Origin: Bacillota bacterium
GTDB lineage: Bacteria; Bacillota; Sulfobacillia; JAJYWN01; JAJZPE01
Assembly: GCA_021811325.1 (NCBI GenBank)
Contig: JAJZPE010000003.1
Span: forward strand, 2,054-66,053
Direction: 5' to 3'
Length of the DNA: 64,000 bases
Below the pieces are notes generated by a model, which was given only the letters and a program-made list of their open reading frames with translations, did no database searches and was not told where the DNA came from. Numbering within the stretch: position 1 is the stretch's first letter; each line of letters opens with the position of its first letter. Below are positions 18,460 to 32,082 of this stretch, piece by piece. The translations under genes and the position numbers were made by a program.

Positions 18460-18609
18460 GTGCGTGAGATCATCACCTTGGCCTGCAGCGAGTGCAAGCG
18501 TCGCAACTACACGACGATGAAGAACAAGAAGAATGACCCGAACCGCATCGAGGTCAAGAAGTACTGCAAGTGGTGTCAAAAGCAGACCGTGCACAAGGAA
18601 ACTAGATAA
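18460..18609 (+). CDS. rpmG: 50S ribosomal protein L33 (49 aa, zinc-ribbon form; below the ORF-track length cutoff)
   Basis: Manual translation [52 protein letters not shown] start, RBS GGAGCGGAGG. Confidence 0.85.
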   Translation: MREIITLACSECKRRNYTTMKNKKNDPNRIEVKKYCKWCQKQTVHKETR

Positions 18610-18677
18610 AGCTCCGACGGCGTGGTATTATAGAGGGGCAGAAAACCCCGGGCGGCCGGGGCGGAAATAGGTCTGAT

Positions 18678-18751
18678 AGGCGCGTAGCTCCAATTGGTAG
18701 AGCGGCGGTCTCCAAAACCGCATGTTGGGGGTTCGAGTCCCTCCGCGCCTG
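18678..18751 (+). tRNA. tRNA-Trp (anticodon CCA)
   Basis: Acceptor AGGCGCG/CGCGCCT, anticodon stem GCGGT/ACCGC with loop CTCCAAA, T-arm GGGGG/CCCTC. Confidence 0.85.
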
Positions 18752-18814
18752 CAATTGTCTCTTTTTTGTTTACGGAGTCATTTCGGGTACAATAGGCGGA
18801 GGGTGTGAACCAGG

Positions 18815-19021
18815 TTGGCGAACGTCAAGGGATGGCTCCCGGCGATCGGACGGTTTTTCCGGGAGGTACGGGCCGAACTGAAGAAAGTGATCTGGCCGAC
18901 CCGCCGGGAGACGACTCTCTACACCGCAGTGGTGGTCGTCTCGGTGGCGTTCGTGGCCCTTTTGATGTGGGTGGTCGACTCCATCTTCAGCAAGGCTCTG
19001 GCCCTCTTACTAAAGGTTTGA
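18815..19021 (+). CDS. secE: Preprotein translocase subunit SecE (TTG start)
   Basis: 68 aa, single C-terminal TM helix. Conserved position before nusG. Confidence 0.85.
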   Translation: MANVKGWLPAIGRFFREVRAELKKVIWPTRRETTLYTAVVVVSVAFVALLMWVVDSIFSKALALLLKV

Positions 19022-19066
19022 TGAGGGGGTGAGGGCCACGCCGCCGGTCGGCGGGCCCTTTCTGAT

Positions 19067-19594
19067 ATGCCCGAAAAGAACTGGTTTGTGGTCCACACAT
19101 ACTCCGGTTACGAGAACAAGGTCAAGACGAACCTCGAGAAGAGGGTCGAGTCCATGGTCATGCAGGACAAGATCTTCCGCGTCCTCGTGCCCATGGAAGA
19201 GGAAGTCGAGATCAAGGAAGGCAAGAAGAAGATCACCAAGAAGAAGGTCTTCCCCGGCTACGTCCTGGTCGAGATGATCATGGACGACGACTCGTGGTAC
19301 GTGGTCAGGAACACGCCCGGGGTGACCGGCTTCGTCGGTTCAGGGGCCAAGCCCATCCCCCTGCAAGAGCCCGAGGTGCGGGCGATCCTGCGGCAGATGG
19401 GCATCGACGAGCCGCGGCCGAAGATAACCTTCGAGCGCGGCCAGAGCATCAAAGTAGCGGCCGGGCCCTTCGAGGGCTTCGTCGGCCAGATCGACGAGAT
19501 CAACTACGAAAAAGGCAAGCTGAAGGTGTTCGTCTCGCTCTTCGGGCGGGAGACCCCTATCGAGCTAGACTTTGGGCAAGTAGAGAAGCTCTAA
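19067..19594 (+). CDS. nusG: Transcription termination/antitermination factor NusG
   Basis: NGN domain plus C-terminal KOW. Confidence 0.95.
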   Translation: MPEKNWFVVHTYSGYENKVKTNLEKRVESMVMQDKIFRVLVPMEEEVEIKEGKKKITKKKVFPGYVLVEMIMDDDSWYVVRNTPGVTGFVGSGAKPIPLQEPEVRAILRQMGIDEPRPKITFERGQSIKVAAGPFEGFVGQIDEINYEKGKLKVFVSLFGRETPIELDFGQVEKL

Positions 19595-19635
19595 GCGGGC
19601 GGGTTCAGACGCTCTAGTGAGGTGTCCATTAGACC

Positions 19636-20061
19636 ATGGCCAAGAAGGTAGCAGCGGTCGTCAAGCTTCAAATCCCGGCGGGCAAGGCAACGCCGGCGCC
19701 CCCGGTCGGTTCGGCCCTCGGCCCCCACGGCATCAACATCCAGGCTTTCACCAAGGAGTTTAACGAGAAGACGGCGCCGCAGGCCGGGCTGATCATCCCG
19801 GTCGAGATCACCATCTTCGAGGACCGCTCCTTCACCTTCATCACCAAGACCCCGCCGGCCGCGGTGCTCCTGAAGAAGGCCGCCGGGCTCGAGACCGCCT
19901 CGGGCGAGCCGAACAAGAAGAAGGTCGGCAAGGTCAGCCGGTCCGAGGTCAAGAAGATCGCCGAGCTGAAGATGCAAGACTTGAACGCCGCCAGCGTCGA
20001 GGCGGCCATGCGGATGGTCGAGGGGACCGCCCGCAGCATGGGCATCGAAATCGTCGACTGA
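19636..20061 (+). CDS. rplK: 50S ribosomal protein L11
   Basis: Conserved L11 sequence ([14 protein letters not shown]). Confidence 0.95.
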   Translation: MAKKVAAVVKLQIPAGKATPAPPVGSALGPHGINIQAFTKEFNEKTAPQAGLIIPVEITIFEDRSFTFITKTPPAAVLLKKAAGLETASGEPNKKKVGKVSRSEVKKIAELKMQDLNAASVEAAMRMVEGTARSMGIEIVD

Positions 20062-20142
20062 CGGGCGGGCGACCGCTCGTTTCAGCCATATCAGTGGGAG
20101 GGCCCGTCGCGGGCCCGCCTGAACCACAGGAGGTCCATATCC

Positions 20143-20847
20143 ATGGGTCAGCACGGCAAGCGTTACACCGATGCGCTGAAGATCGTCGACCGTGATCGCC
20201 TTTACGAACCGGCCGAAGCGATGAAGCTGGTCAAAGAGACGGCCAAGGCCAAGTTCGACGAGACCGTCCAGGTCGCCGTCAAGCTCGGGGTCGACCCGAA
20301 GCAGGCCGACCAGACCGTCCGCGGGGCCGTCGTCCTGCCCCACGGGACCGGCAAGAGCGTCCGCGTCTTGGTCTTCGCCAAGGGCGACAAAGCCAAGGAA
20401 GCGCAGGAGGCCGGGGGCGACTTCGTCGGCGCCGAGGACATGGTCCAGAAGATCGAACAGGGCTGGCTCGACTTCGATGTCGCCGTGGCCACTCCGGACA
20501 TGATGGGTACCGTTGGAAAGCTGGGCCGTATCCTCGGTCCGCGGGGCCTCATGCCGAACCCGAAGACCGGCACGGTCACCTTTGACATCAAGAACGCCAT
20601 CCGCGAGATCAAGGCCGGCAAGATCGAGTACCGCCTCGACAAGACGGCCATCATCCATGTCCCCATCGGCAAGGCCTCGTTCAGCCAGGAAGCTTTGGCG
20701 GAGAACTTCGAGAGCCTGATGGACGCCATCGTCAAGGCCAAGCCGGCCGCGGCGAAGGGCCAGTATGTCAAGTCCATCGCCGTCTCATCGGCGATGGGGC
20801 CCGGCATCCGGATCAACCCGCTGTCGGCTTCGGGCATCACTCTGTAA
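20143..20847 (+). CDS. rplA: 50S ribosomal protein L1
   Basis: Conserved L1 sequence. Confidence 0.95.
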   Translation: MGQHGKRYTDALKIVDRDRLYEPAEAMKLVKETAKAKFDETVQVAVKLGVDPKQADQTVRGAVVLPHGTGKSVRVLVFAKGDKAKEAQEAGGDFVGAEDMVQKIEQGWLDFDVAVATPDMMGTVGKLGRILGPRGLMPNPKTGTVTFDIKNAIREIKAGKIEYRLDKTAIIHVPIGKASFSQEALAENFESLMDAIVKAKPAAAKGQYVKSIAVSSAMGPGIRINPLSASGITL

Positions 20848-20929
20848 AACGGTGTGGGTGGGCCATGGGGTCGGTCCGAACCGTGGCCGCGAGGCCGCGA
20901 CGGCCGGTCACCGGCCCACCCTCGGCTGC

Positions 20930-21179
20930 TTTCCTTGACGGCGGGCAGCCGCAAATGGTAGAATCAGGTCCGTAAAACAGCATCGCCAGGTTGCCTGTGC
21001 TGTAGACAGCCGGTGCCCCTCGTATGGGGCGTAAGCGCGCGAGAGCGCCGCCCGCCGAGGCCGGGGTGGTTGAAAAGGCTTTCTCCGAAAGCTTCAGCCC
21101 CCGCTGTCCGACAGCGGGGGTTTCAGTTTTGCTGCGGGTGCAGGCTACCGGTGTCGGGGGGAGGTGAAGACAAGGAAAC
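20930..21179 (+). promoter_or_regulatory. rplJ promoter (TTGACG-18-TAGAAT) plus L10 leader with internal attenuator hairpin
   Basis: Promoter hexamers near 20934 and 20958. Leader hairpin CCCCCGCTG-tccgac-AGCGGGGG followed by TTTCAGTTTT near 21093..21130. Expected L10(L12)4 autoregulatory leader location. Confidence 0.5.
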
Positions 21180-21713
21180 ATGAAGACCAAAGAGCAGAAA
21201 GTGCAGGCCACCGTGGAGGTGGCGGCCAAGCTGAAGCGGGCCAAGACGGCCGTCCTTGCCGACTACCGGGGCCTCAACGTCGCCCAGGACACGAAGCTTC
21301 GTCAGAAGCTGCGCCAGGGTGGCGTCGAGTACCGGGTCATCAAGAACACCGTCACCAGCCGGGCGGCCCGGGAGGCGGGCATCGAGGGTCTCGACGCCTA
21401 TCTCGCCGGCCCCCTGGCCGTCGCCTTCGATTACGAAGAGGCAACCCGTGCGGCCAAGATCCTCTCAGACTTCGCCCGGGAGAACAAGGAACTGGAGATC
21501 AAGGCGGGCGTCTTCGAGGGCCAGGTGATCACCGCCGACAAGGTCAAGGCGCTGGCCAACCTGCCGTCGCGTGAGGTCCTGCTGGCCCAGCTGGCCGGGC
21601 AGTTCCGCGCCCCGTTGGCCGGCCTGGCCTCCGTACTGGCCGGTCCGTTGCGTCAGTTTGCCTACGCCGTAGAGGCGTTGCGGCAGAAGAAAGAGGCCGA
21701 GACGACGGCCTGA
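21180..21713 (+). CDS. rplJ: 50S ribosomal protein L10
   Basis: Conserved L10 sequence. Confidence 0.95.
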   Translation: MKTKEQKVQATVEVAAKLKRAKTAVLADYRGLNVAQDTKLRQKLRQGGVEYRVIKNTVTSRAAREAGIEGLDAYLAGPLAVAFDYEEATRAAKILSDFARENKELEIKAGVFEGQVITADKVKALANLPSREVLLAQLAGQFRAPLAGLASVLAGPLRQFAYAVEALRQKKEAETTA

Positions 21714-21767
21714 CCATCCGAAACTACCGCGTTCAACGCGGATTCATCTCAAGGGGGTACGTCTGAA

Positions 21768-22154
21768 GTGGCTGAAGGTAAGGTCAAGGAAATCATCGAG
21801 GCCGTCAAGGGCCTGTCTGTCATCGAGCTGTCCGAGCTGGTCAAGGCGTTTGAGGAGGAGTTCGGCGTATCCGCCGCCGCTCCGGTGGCCATCGCCGCCG
21901 CCCCGGCGGCCGGTGGCGCCGCTGCCGCCCCCGCGGTCGAGCAGACCGAGTTCGACGTCGTCCTGAAGAACGCCGGTGGCCAGAAGATCCAGGTCATCAA
22001 GGTCGTCCGCGAGCTCACCGGGCTCGGCCTGAAGGAAGCCAAGGACCTGGTCGACAGCGCCCCGAAGGCGGTCAAGGAGAAGGTCTCCAAGGAAGACGCC
22101 GAACAGATGAAGAAGAAGCTCGTCGAGGTCGGCGCGGAAGTCGAGATCAAGTAA
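21768..22154 (+). CDS. rplL: 50S ribosomal protein L7/L12 (GTG start)
   Basis: N-terminal dimerisation helix, Ala-rich hinge, C-terminal domain ([19 protein letters not shown]). Confidence 0.95.
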   Translation: MAEGKVKEIIEAVKGLSVIELSELVKAFEEEFGVSAAAPVAIAAAPAAGGAAAAPAVEQTEFDVVLKNAGGQKIQVIKVVRELTGLGLKEAKDLVDSAPKAVKEKVSKEDAEQMKKKLVEVGAEVEIK

Positions 22155-22185
22155 CACCCGGCGACCGACGTCAGGCTGGAAGACG

Positions 22186-22216
22186 GCCGGCCCCCCGTGG
22201 GCCGGCTGCGTTTTCC
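22186..22216 (+). terminator. Partial terminator after rplL
   Basis: GCCGGCC-ccccgtg-GGCCGGC followed by tgcgTTTTCC. Confidence 0.55.
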
Positions 22217-22321
22217 GGGACATGGGGGCGGGGCGTCCACCCGGACGCCCCGTCGGTTTTGCCCATGGCGTGGCCGGGAGCGGCCTAGACCCGATTTTGA
22301 CCTAGAATATCTTGGATTTCC

Positions 22322-22350
22322 TTGACACCCACTGGCCACCATGATATTAT
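22322..22350 (+). promoter_or_regulatory. rpoB promoter (TTGACA-17-TGaTATTAT)
   Basis: Consensus -35, extended -10. Confidence 0.55.
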
Positions 22351-22469
22351 ATTAAATTGCTACGTCTATACCCCAAAACCCGCGTGCCGCATAGATTGGC
22401 CCTTTCCAGGCCAAGCTAAGGGGTATGGGGTACATAGTTCCAAAAGGAGCATCGACCGTACCCAAGAGT

Positions 22470-22528
22470 CCAAAATAAGGCTTATAGGGATTGTACTTAT
22501 AAGCTTCATTTTGGGTTTTTACTTTTTT
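22470..22528 (+). promoter_or_regulatory. AT-rich imperfect hairpin plus U tract in the rpoB leader (candidate attenuator)
   Basis: CCAAAATAAGGCTTATA ... TATAAGCTTCATTTTGG (about 17-bp arms, 3 mismatches) followed by GTTTTTACTTTTTT. Local GC about 40% versus about 68% genome-wide. Confidence 0.45.
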
Positions 22529-22590
22529 GACGGCCGATTGCTCCGGTTTCCGGGCGGTTCAATTCTTCCCAAGGGGTGACGAGTGACTTC

Positions 22591-25500
22591 ATGGTCCATC
22601 TGACAGGCGAGAAGCGCGTCAGGGTGAGTTTCGCCCGGATTGACGAAGTGCTGCAGATGCCCAACCTGATCGAGATCCAGCAGAACTCGTACCAGTGGTT
22701 TCTCCACGAGGGTCTGCGGGAGATGTTCAGGGACATCTCGCCGATTCAGGACTTCACCGGGAACCTCGTCCTCGAGTTCATCGATCACAGCCTTGGTGAA
22801 CCCAAGTACTCCGTCGAAGAGTGCAAGGAGCGGGACGTGACCTACGCCGCCCCCCTCCGGGTCCGGGTGCGCCTGATCAACAAGGAGACCGGCGAGGTCA
22901 AGGAGCAGGAAGTCTTCATGGGAGACTTCCCGCTGATGACCGAGAACGGCACCTTCGTCATCAACGGCGCCGAGCGGGTCATCGTCAGCCAGCTGGTCCG
23001 CTCTCCGGGCGTGTACTTCGGGGAGGCCCTCGATCCCAGCGGCAAGCGTCTTTTTTCGGCCACCGTCATCCCCAACCGCGGAGCCTGGCTCGAGTACGAG
23101 ACCGACGGCAACGACGTGGTCTATGTCCGCGTCGACCGCACCCGCAAGCTGCCCGTCACCGAGCTCCTGCGGGCCATCGGTTACGGTACGCGGCAGGCCC
23201 TCATCGACCTCTTCGGCGAATCGGCGCCGCTCCTCGCCACCCTCGACAAAGACGGCACCGAGTCCGAGGAAGAGGGCCTCGTCGAGATTTACAAGCGCCT
23301 CCGGCCGGGCGAGCCGCCGACCGTCGAGAGCGCGCGGTCCCTCTTGGAGTCGCTCTTCTTCGACCCCAAACGCTACGACCTGGCCAACGTCGGCCGTTAC
23401 AAGATCAATAAGAAGCTGGCCATCAAGCGGCGCATCACCGGGACCATGCCGGTCGAGCGAGTCGTCGGCCCGAACGGGGAGACCATCTGCGAGGCCGGCA
23501 AGATCATCGACCGCCGGGTGGCCGAGCGCATCGAGGCCGCCGGCATCACCCGGCTCGAAGTGCGGACGCAGGACGGCGCCGCCGTCCGGGTGATGGGCAA
23601 CGCCAGCCAGCCTCTGGAACGGAAGACCATCACCAAGGAAGACATCGTCGCCAGCGTCAACTACATGTTCACGCTCATGCGCGGGCTCGGCAACGTCGAC
23701 GACATCGACCACCTCGGCAACCGCCGCCTGCGGTCCGTCGGCGAGCTGCTCCAGAACCAGTTCCGGATCGGCCTCGCCCGCATGGAGCGGGTCGTCCGCG
23801 AGCGGATGACGATCCAGGACGTCGACATCATCACCCCGCAGGCCCTCATCAACATCCGCCCGGTGGTCGCCGCGGTCAAGGAGTTCTTCGGGTCCAGCCA
23901 GCTCTCGCAGTTCATGGACCAGACCAACCCCCTGGCTGAGCTGACCCACAAGCGGCGCCTCTCAGCCCTCGGCCCGGGTGGCCTCTCCCGCGAGCGCGCC
24001 GGGTTCGAGGTCCGCGACGTGCACCACTCCCACTACGGCCGGATGTGCCCCATTGAGACCCCTGAAGGCCCGAACATCGGCCTCATCGGGTCCTTGTCGA
24101 CCTACGCCCGGATCAACGAGTTCGGGTTCATTGAAACGCCCTACCGCAAGGTGGATAAAGAGCGCGGGTCAGTCACCGACGACATCGCCTATCTCACCGC
24201 CGACGAGGAGGACGAGACGGTCATCGCCCAGGCCAACGCGCCCTTGCAGCCGGACGGCCGGTTCAGCGAGAACCGGGTCACCGTCCGTTACAAGCACGAG
24301 ATCCTGGTCGTCCCGCCGGACCAGGTCGATTACATGGACGTCTCCCCGAAGCAGGTCGTGTCCATCGCCACCGCCCTCATCCCGTTCCTCGAGAACGACG
24401 ACGCCAACCGGGCCCTGATGGGCTCGAACATGCAGCGCCAGGCAGTCCCATTGCTGGTCGCCGAGGCGCCGCTGGTCGGCACGGGCATGGAGGGCAAGGC
24501 CGCCGAGGACTCCGGCGTCGTCGTCCTGGCCAAGCGGGCCGGCCGCGTGGCCGAGTCGACTGCCCAAAGGGTCGTCGTCGAGACCCCGTCCGGGGACCAG
24601 GACGTCTACAAGATGACCAAGTTCTCCCGGTCGAACCAGGGGACGTGCATCAACCAGCAGCCCATCGTGGCCACCGGGCAGAAGGTCAAGGCCGGCGACG
24701 TCCTCGCCGACGGGCCCTGCACCGACCACGGCGAGCTGGCCCTGGGCCGCAACGTGCTGGTCTGCTTCATGCCCTGGGAGGGTTACAACTACGAGGACGC
24801 CATCCTCATCAGCGAGAAGCTGGTCAAAGAGGATGTCTTCACGTCCATCCACATCGAGGAGTACGAGCACGAGGCCCGCGACACGAAGCTGGGCCCCGAG
24901 GAGATCACTCGAGACATCCCCAACGTCGGCGAGGACGTCCTGAAGGACCTCGACGAGCGCGGCATCATCCGCATCGGGGCCGAGGTCCGGACGGGCGACA
25001 TCCTGGTCGGCAAGGTCACCCCCAAGGGCGAGACCGAGCTGACCGCAGAAGAGCGGCTCCTGCGGGCCATCTTCGGCGAGAAGGCCCGCGAGGTCCGGGA
25101 CACCTCCCTCCGCGTGCCGCACGGTGAGAGCGGCATCGTCGTCGATGTCAAAGTCTTTTCCCGCGAGAACGGCGACGAGCTGTCGCCTGGGGTCAACCAG
25201 CTCGTCCGGGTGTACATCGCCCAGAAGCGGAAGATCTCCGAGGGCGACAAGATGGCCGGTCGCCATGGCAACAAGGGCGTCATCGCCCGGATCCTGCCCG
25301 ATGAAGACATGCCCTTCCTGCCCGACGGGACACCGGTCGAGATCGTCCTGAACCCCCTCGGCGTGCCCTCCCGGATGAACATCGGCCAGGTCCTCGAGAC
25401 CCACCTCGGATGGGCCGCGCGGACCCTCGGTCTCTTCGTATCCACCCCGGTCTTCGACGGAGCCACCGAGCCCGACGTGGTCGACATGCTCAAGAAGGCT

Positions 25501-26949
25501 GGGCTGCCACGGGACGGCAAGAGCGTCCTCTACGACGGCCGGACCGGCGAACCCTTCGACAACCAGGTCACGGTGGGCTATGTCTACATGCTCAAGCTGG
25601 CCCATCTGGTCGACGATAAGATCCACGCCCGGAGCACCGGGCCGTACTCCCTCGTCACCCAGCAGCCGCTGGGGGGCAAGGCGCAGTTCGGCGGGCAGCG
25701 CTTCGGCGAGATGGAAGTGTGGGCCCTCGAGGCCTATGGCGCCGCTTACACCCTTCAGGAGCTCCTGACGGTCAAGTCCGATGACGTGGTCGGCCGGGTC
25801 AAGACCTACGAGGCCATCGTCAAGGGCGAGAACATCCCCGAGCCGGGCGTGCCCGAATCGTTCAAGGTCCTGATCAAGGAACTGCAGAGCCTCGGTCTGG
25901 ACGTCAAGGTCCTGGCCGAGAACGCCGAGGAGATCGAGATCAGGGAGACCGACGACGACATCGCCGAGACCGCCCGCGACCTCGAACTGAACATCGAGGG
26001 CCAGGAGGACGCGCCGCGTCCGTCGATAAGGCCGCCTTTCGGCGGCGTGCCGCCGGTGACCCTGGAGGGTCCGGCCGAGCCCGCCGAGGACGAGGCTGAA
26101 CTGGGCTTCGAACCGGTCGGCGGGACCCCCGAGGGTCCGGTCGAGGAGGCCGGTCCCGGCCAAGAGCCCGTCTTCCCGGGCGGCGTGCCGGCCGGCGGGC
26201 GAGTCCCCGCAGCCCAGGTCGAGGAGGTCGCCCACAAGAGCGGCCGCACCGCCCGAGCCCGGGCCGAGTTCTCGGCTCCGCTGGCCCCCGAACGCAAACC
26301 TGACGAGGAATCCGCGGCTACCCTCGAGAGGGCGCCGGTCATGCGGGTGCCCGAGGAGGCGGAGGAATCGGCCGAGACCACCGGGGTTTCGAAGCCGGCC
26401 GCGGCCGGGAAGACGGTCAGGGTTCCGGGCAAGGCGGAGGGCAAGGCCAGGGCGGAGAAGCCCGCCAAGGCCGCCGAGCCCGAGAAGCCGGCCATCAAAG
26501 TGGCCCCGGCCAAGGTGGCGGCGAAAGTCAGGCCGCTGGCCAAGGAGGCTCCCGCGGGCGAGGCCGCGGCCAAGCCGGCCAGGGTGGCCCAGAAGCCCGC
26601 CGAGACGGCCTCCCCGGCCGCCAAGGCTCAGAAGCCCGCGGCTCAGAAGCCCGCGGCTCAGAAGACGTCCGCCCAGAAGCCCGCGGCCAAGAAGGCACCG
26701 GCCGGCAAGGCCACGAAGAGCGCCGCCAAGGCCAAGGAGCTGAAAGCGAAATCGTCCGTCAAGGCGAAGGTCAAGCCCAAGACGGTAAACAAGATGGTCA
26801 AGGTCCCGGCGCAGAAGGCCAAGGCGACGAAGCCGGCCGCCAAGGGTGCCGCGATCACCAAGGCCAAGTCGGCCCCGAAGCCGGCCAAGACGGTCGCCAA
26901 GACCGCGGCCAGGGGCAAGTCGTCGCCAACCACACGGGCCAAGCGCTAG
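22591..26949 (+). CDS. rpoB: DNA-directed RNA polymerase beta subunit with roughly 330-aa low-complexity C-terminal extension (ORF track frame starts at 22576)
   Basis: Full RpoB core (ISPIQDF ... NMQRQAVPL ... [19 protein letters not shown]). After [10 protein letters not shown] an acidic/Pro-rich segment is followed by a K/A/P-rich tail ([13 protein letters not shown]...). ATG at 22591 follows GGGGTGA. Confidence 0.95.
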   Translation: MVHLTGEKRVRVSFARIDEVLQMPNLIEIQQNSYQWFLHEGLREMFRDISPIQDFTGNLVLEFIDHSLGEPKYSVEECKERDVTYAAPLRVRVRLINKETGEVKEQEVFMGDFPLMTENGTFVINGAERVIVSQLVRSPGVYFGEALDPSGKRLFSATVIPNRGAWLEYETDGNDVVYVRVDRTRKLPVTELLRAIGYGTRQALIDLFGESAPLLATLDKDGTESEEEGLVEIYKRLRPGEPPTVESARSLLESLFFDPKRYDLANVGRYKINKKLAIKRRITGTMPVERVVGPNGETICEAGKIIDRRVAERIEAAGITRLEVRTQDGAAVRVMGNASQPLERKTITKEDIVASVNYMFTLMRGLGNVDDIDHLGNRRLRSVGELLQNQFRIGLARMERVVRERMTIQDVDIITPQALINIRPVVAAVKEFFGSSQLSQFMDQTNPLAELTHKRRLSALGPGGLSRERAGFEVRDVHHSHYGRMCPIETPEGPNIGLIGSLSTYARINEFGFIETPYRKVDKERGSVTDDIAYLTADEEDETVIAQANAPLQPDGRFSENRVTVRYKHEILVVPPDQVDYMDVSPKQVVSIATALIPFLENDDANRALMGSNMQRQAVPLLVAEAPLVGTGMEGKAAEDSGVVVLAKRAGRVAESTAQRVVVETPSGDQDVYKMTKFSRSNQGTCINQQPIVATGQKVKAGDVLADGPCTDHGELALGRNVLVCFMPWEGYNYEDAILISEKLVKEDVFTSIHIEEYEHEARDTKLGPEEITRDIPNVGEDVLKDLDERGIIRIGAEVRTGDILVGKVTPKGETELTAEERLLRAIFGEKAREVRDTSLRVPHGESGIVVDVKVFSRENGDELSPGVNQLVRVYIAQKRKISEGDKMAGRHGNKGVIARILPDEDMPFLPDGTPVEIVLNPLGVPSRMNIGQVLETHLGWAARTLGLFVSTPVFDGATEPDVVDMLKKAGLPRDGKSVLYDGRTGEPFDNQVTVGYVYMLKLAHLVDDKIHARSTGPYSLVTQQPLGGKAQFGGQRFGEMEVWALEAYGAAYTLQELLTVKSDDVVGRVKTYEAIVKGENIPEPGVPESFKVLIKELQSLGLDVKVLAENAEEIEIRETDDDIAETARDLELNIEGQEDAPRPSIRPPFGGVPPVTLEGPAEPAEDEAELGFEPVGGTPEGPVEEAGPGQEPVFPGGVPAGGRVPAAQVEEVAHKSGRTARARAEFSAPLAPERKPDEESAATLERAPVMRVPEEAEESAETTGVSKPAAAGKTVRVPGKAEGKARAEKPAKAAEPEKPAIKVAPAKVAAKVRPLAKEAPAGEAAAKPARVAQKPAETASPAAKAQKPAAQKPAAQKTSAQKPAAKKAPAGKATKSAAKAKELKAKSSVKAKVKPKTVNKMVKVPAQKAKATKPAAKGAAITKAKSAPKPAKTVAKTAARGKSSPTTRAKR
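26626..26685 (+). repeat. Four tandem 15-nt repeats (GCTCAGAAGCCCGCG and variants) inside the rpoB tail
   Basis: Seen directly. They encode AQKPA / AQKPA / AQKTS / AQKPA. Confidence 0.8.
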
Positions 26950-27012
26950 GGCTCGTCGCGACGGCGAACGACCGAGACAGGGCTGGGCGACAAGCTGAAA
27001 GGGGATAAAGCC

Positions 27013-30627
<3,615 letters not shown>

Positions 30628-30732
30628 AGCCCCGGCCTCCCGGCAAAATATGGCCTGAGGACGAAACCCGGCGGGGTTCGCCGGCCCGGCGACGACTGGG
30701 CTCGACGCTCCCCGCTGGGATGAAATGTGAAA

Positions 30733-30761
30733 TTGACAGCTGTTTTTGATGGTGTTACAAT
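30733..30761 (+). promoter_or_regulatory. Promoter TTGACA-17-TACAAT upstream of ybxF-rpsL-rpsG-fusA-tuf
   Basis: Read directly. Confidence 0.55.
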
Positions 30762-30820
30762 ATAAAAGTGTCTGTGTGTTAGAAACGGCATCCCGCGCGT
30801 GGCGCAAGGAGGGTTCCTGA

Positions 30821-31072
30821 ATGCCCCTTGAGCAACTGCGCAAAGCCCGGACGAAGACCATCGGGACCAAGCAAACGCTGAAAGCCATTGACAAGGGCAA
30901 GGCGAAGACGGTCTTCGTGGCCCTCGACGCGGACGAGAAGGTGGTCCGCGAGGTCCTTCGGGGGTGCCAGGAAAAGTCCATCCCGGTCGTTCGCGCAGAG
31001 TCCATGGCCGTCCTCGGCAAGGCTTGTGGCATCGAGGTCGGCGCGGCTTCGGCGGCGATTGTTGAGGATTAG
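30821..31072 (+). CDS. ybxF: L7Ae-family ribosome-associated protein (YbxF-like)
   Basis: 83 aa L7Ae fold (KAIDKGKAKTVFVALDAD). Conserved position between rpoC and rpsL as in Bacillus. Confidence 0.8.
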   Translation: MPLEQLRKARTKTIGTKQTLKAIDKGKAKTVFVALDADEKVVREVLRGCQEKSIPVVRAESMAVLGKACGIEVGAASAAIVED

Positions 31073-31137
31073 GACACACCAGGATGCGTGATTTAGGGAA
31101 GGGCCAATGAGCCATTTCCGAGGGGAGGTGGACGAGG

Positions 31138-31512
31138 ATGCCAACCATCAGTCAACTCGTTCGCAAAGGAAGAACAGCCGTCAGGTATAAGTCCAAGGCC
31201 CCGGCGCTGAAGAGCAACCCTCAGCGGCGCGGCGTCTGCACCCAGGTCCGGACGACGGCTCCGAAGAAGCCGAACTCGGCGCTTCGGAAGATCGCCCGCG
31301 TCCGCCTGACGAACGGCATCGAAGTCACGGCCTATATCCCGGGCGTCGGGCACAACCTGCAAGAGCACTCGGTGGTCATGGTCCGCGGCGGGAGAGTCAA
31401 GGACCTGCCCGGCGTCAGGTATCATATCATTCGCGGAACCCTTGATGCGGCGGGGGTTCAGAACCGGATGCAGGGCCGCTCGAAATACGGCGCCAAGCGG
31501 CCCAAGAAGTAG
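31138..31512 (+). CDS. rpsL: 30S ribosomal protein S12
   Basis: Conserved S12 sequence ([16 protein letters not shown]). Confidence 0.95.
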   Translation: MPTISQLVRKGRTAVRYKSKAPALKSNPQRRGVCTQVRTTAPKKPNSALRKIARVRLTNGIEVTAYIPGVGHNLQEHSVVMVRGGRVKDLPGVRYHIIRGTLDAAGVQNRMQGRSKYGAKRPKK

Positions 31513-31536
31513 TCCCCGCGAGGAGGTCCTCCCGTC

Positions 31537-32007
31537 ATGCCCAGAAGAGGGTCGATCGAGCGCCGGGAGATTCTACCCGACCCGATCTATCACAGCCAAA
31601 ACGTTTCCCGGTTCATCAACAAGATAATGTACAGCGGTGAAAAGGCCGTCGCCCAGTCAGTCTTCTACCAGGCGATGGACATCATCAAAGAGAAGAGCGG
31701 CAAGGAACCGATCGAAGTCTTCGACCAGGCGATCAAGAACGCCATGCCGGTCCTCGAGGTCAAGGCCCGCCGCGTGGGCGGCGCCACCTACCAGGTCCCG
31801 GTCGAAGTCCGGTCCGACCGCCGGTTGGCCCTGGCCATGCGCTGGCTGATCCAGTACTCGCGGGCCCGGGGCGAGCGCGGGATGGAGAACAAGCTGGCGG
31901 CCGAACTCATGGACGCCGCGGCCAACACCGGTTCGACCGTCAAGAAGAAAGAAGACACGCACAAGATGGCCGAGGCCAACAAGGCTTTTGCCCATTATCG
32001 TTGGTAA
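31537..32007 (+). CDS. rpsG: 30S ribosomal protein S7
   Basis: Conserved S7 sequence. Confidence 0.95.
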   Translation: MPRRGSIERREILPDPIYHSQNVSRFINKIMYSGEKAVAQSVFYQAMDIIKEKSGKEPIEVFDQAIKNAMPVLEVKARRVGGATYQVPVEVRSDRRLALAMRWLIQYSRARGERGMENKLAAELMDAAANTGSTVKKKEDTHKMAEANKAFAHYRW

Positions 32008-32082
32008 CAACGAGGGGTCGTTCACCAGGGATCGCCGAGCGCGGTCGAGGCGAGAACCCCTCGTCAGAGAGGGGGGGATGGG

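Noticed and set aside
22322-22579. 85-aa ORF in the rpoB leader.
   Set aside because: It begins at the TTGACA of the promoter itself, has no RBS and traverses the attenuator hairpin. Treated as non-coding leader.
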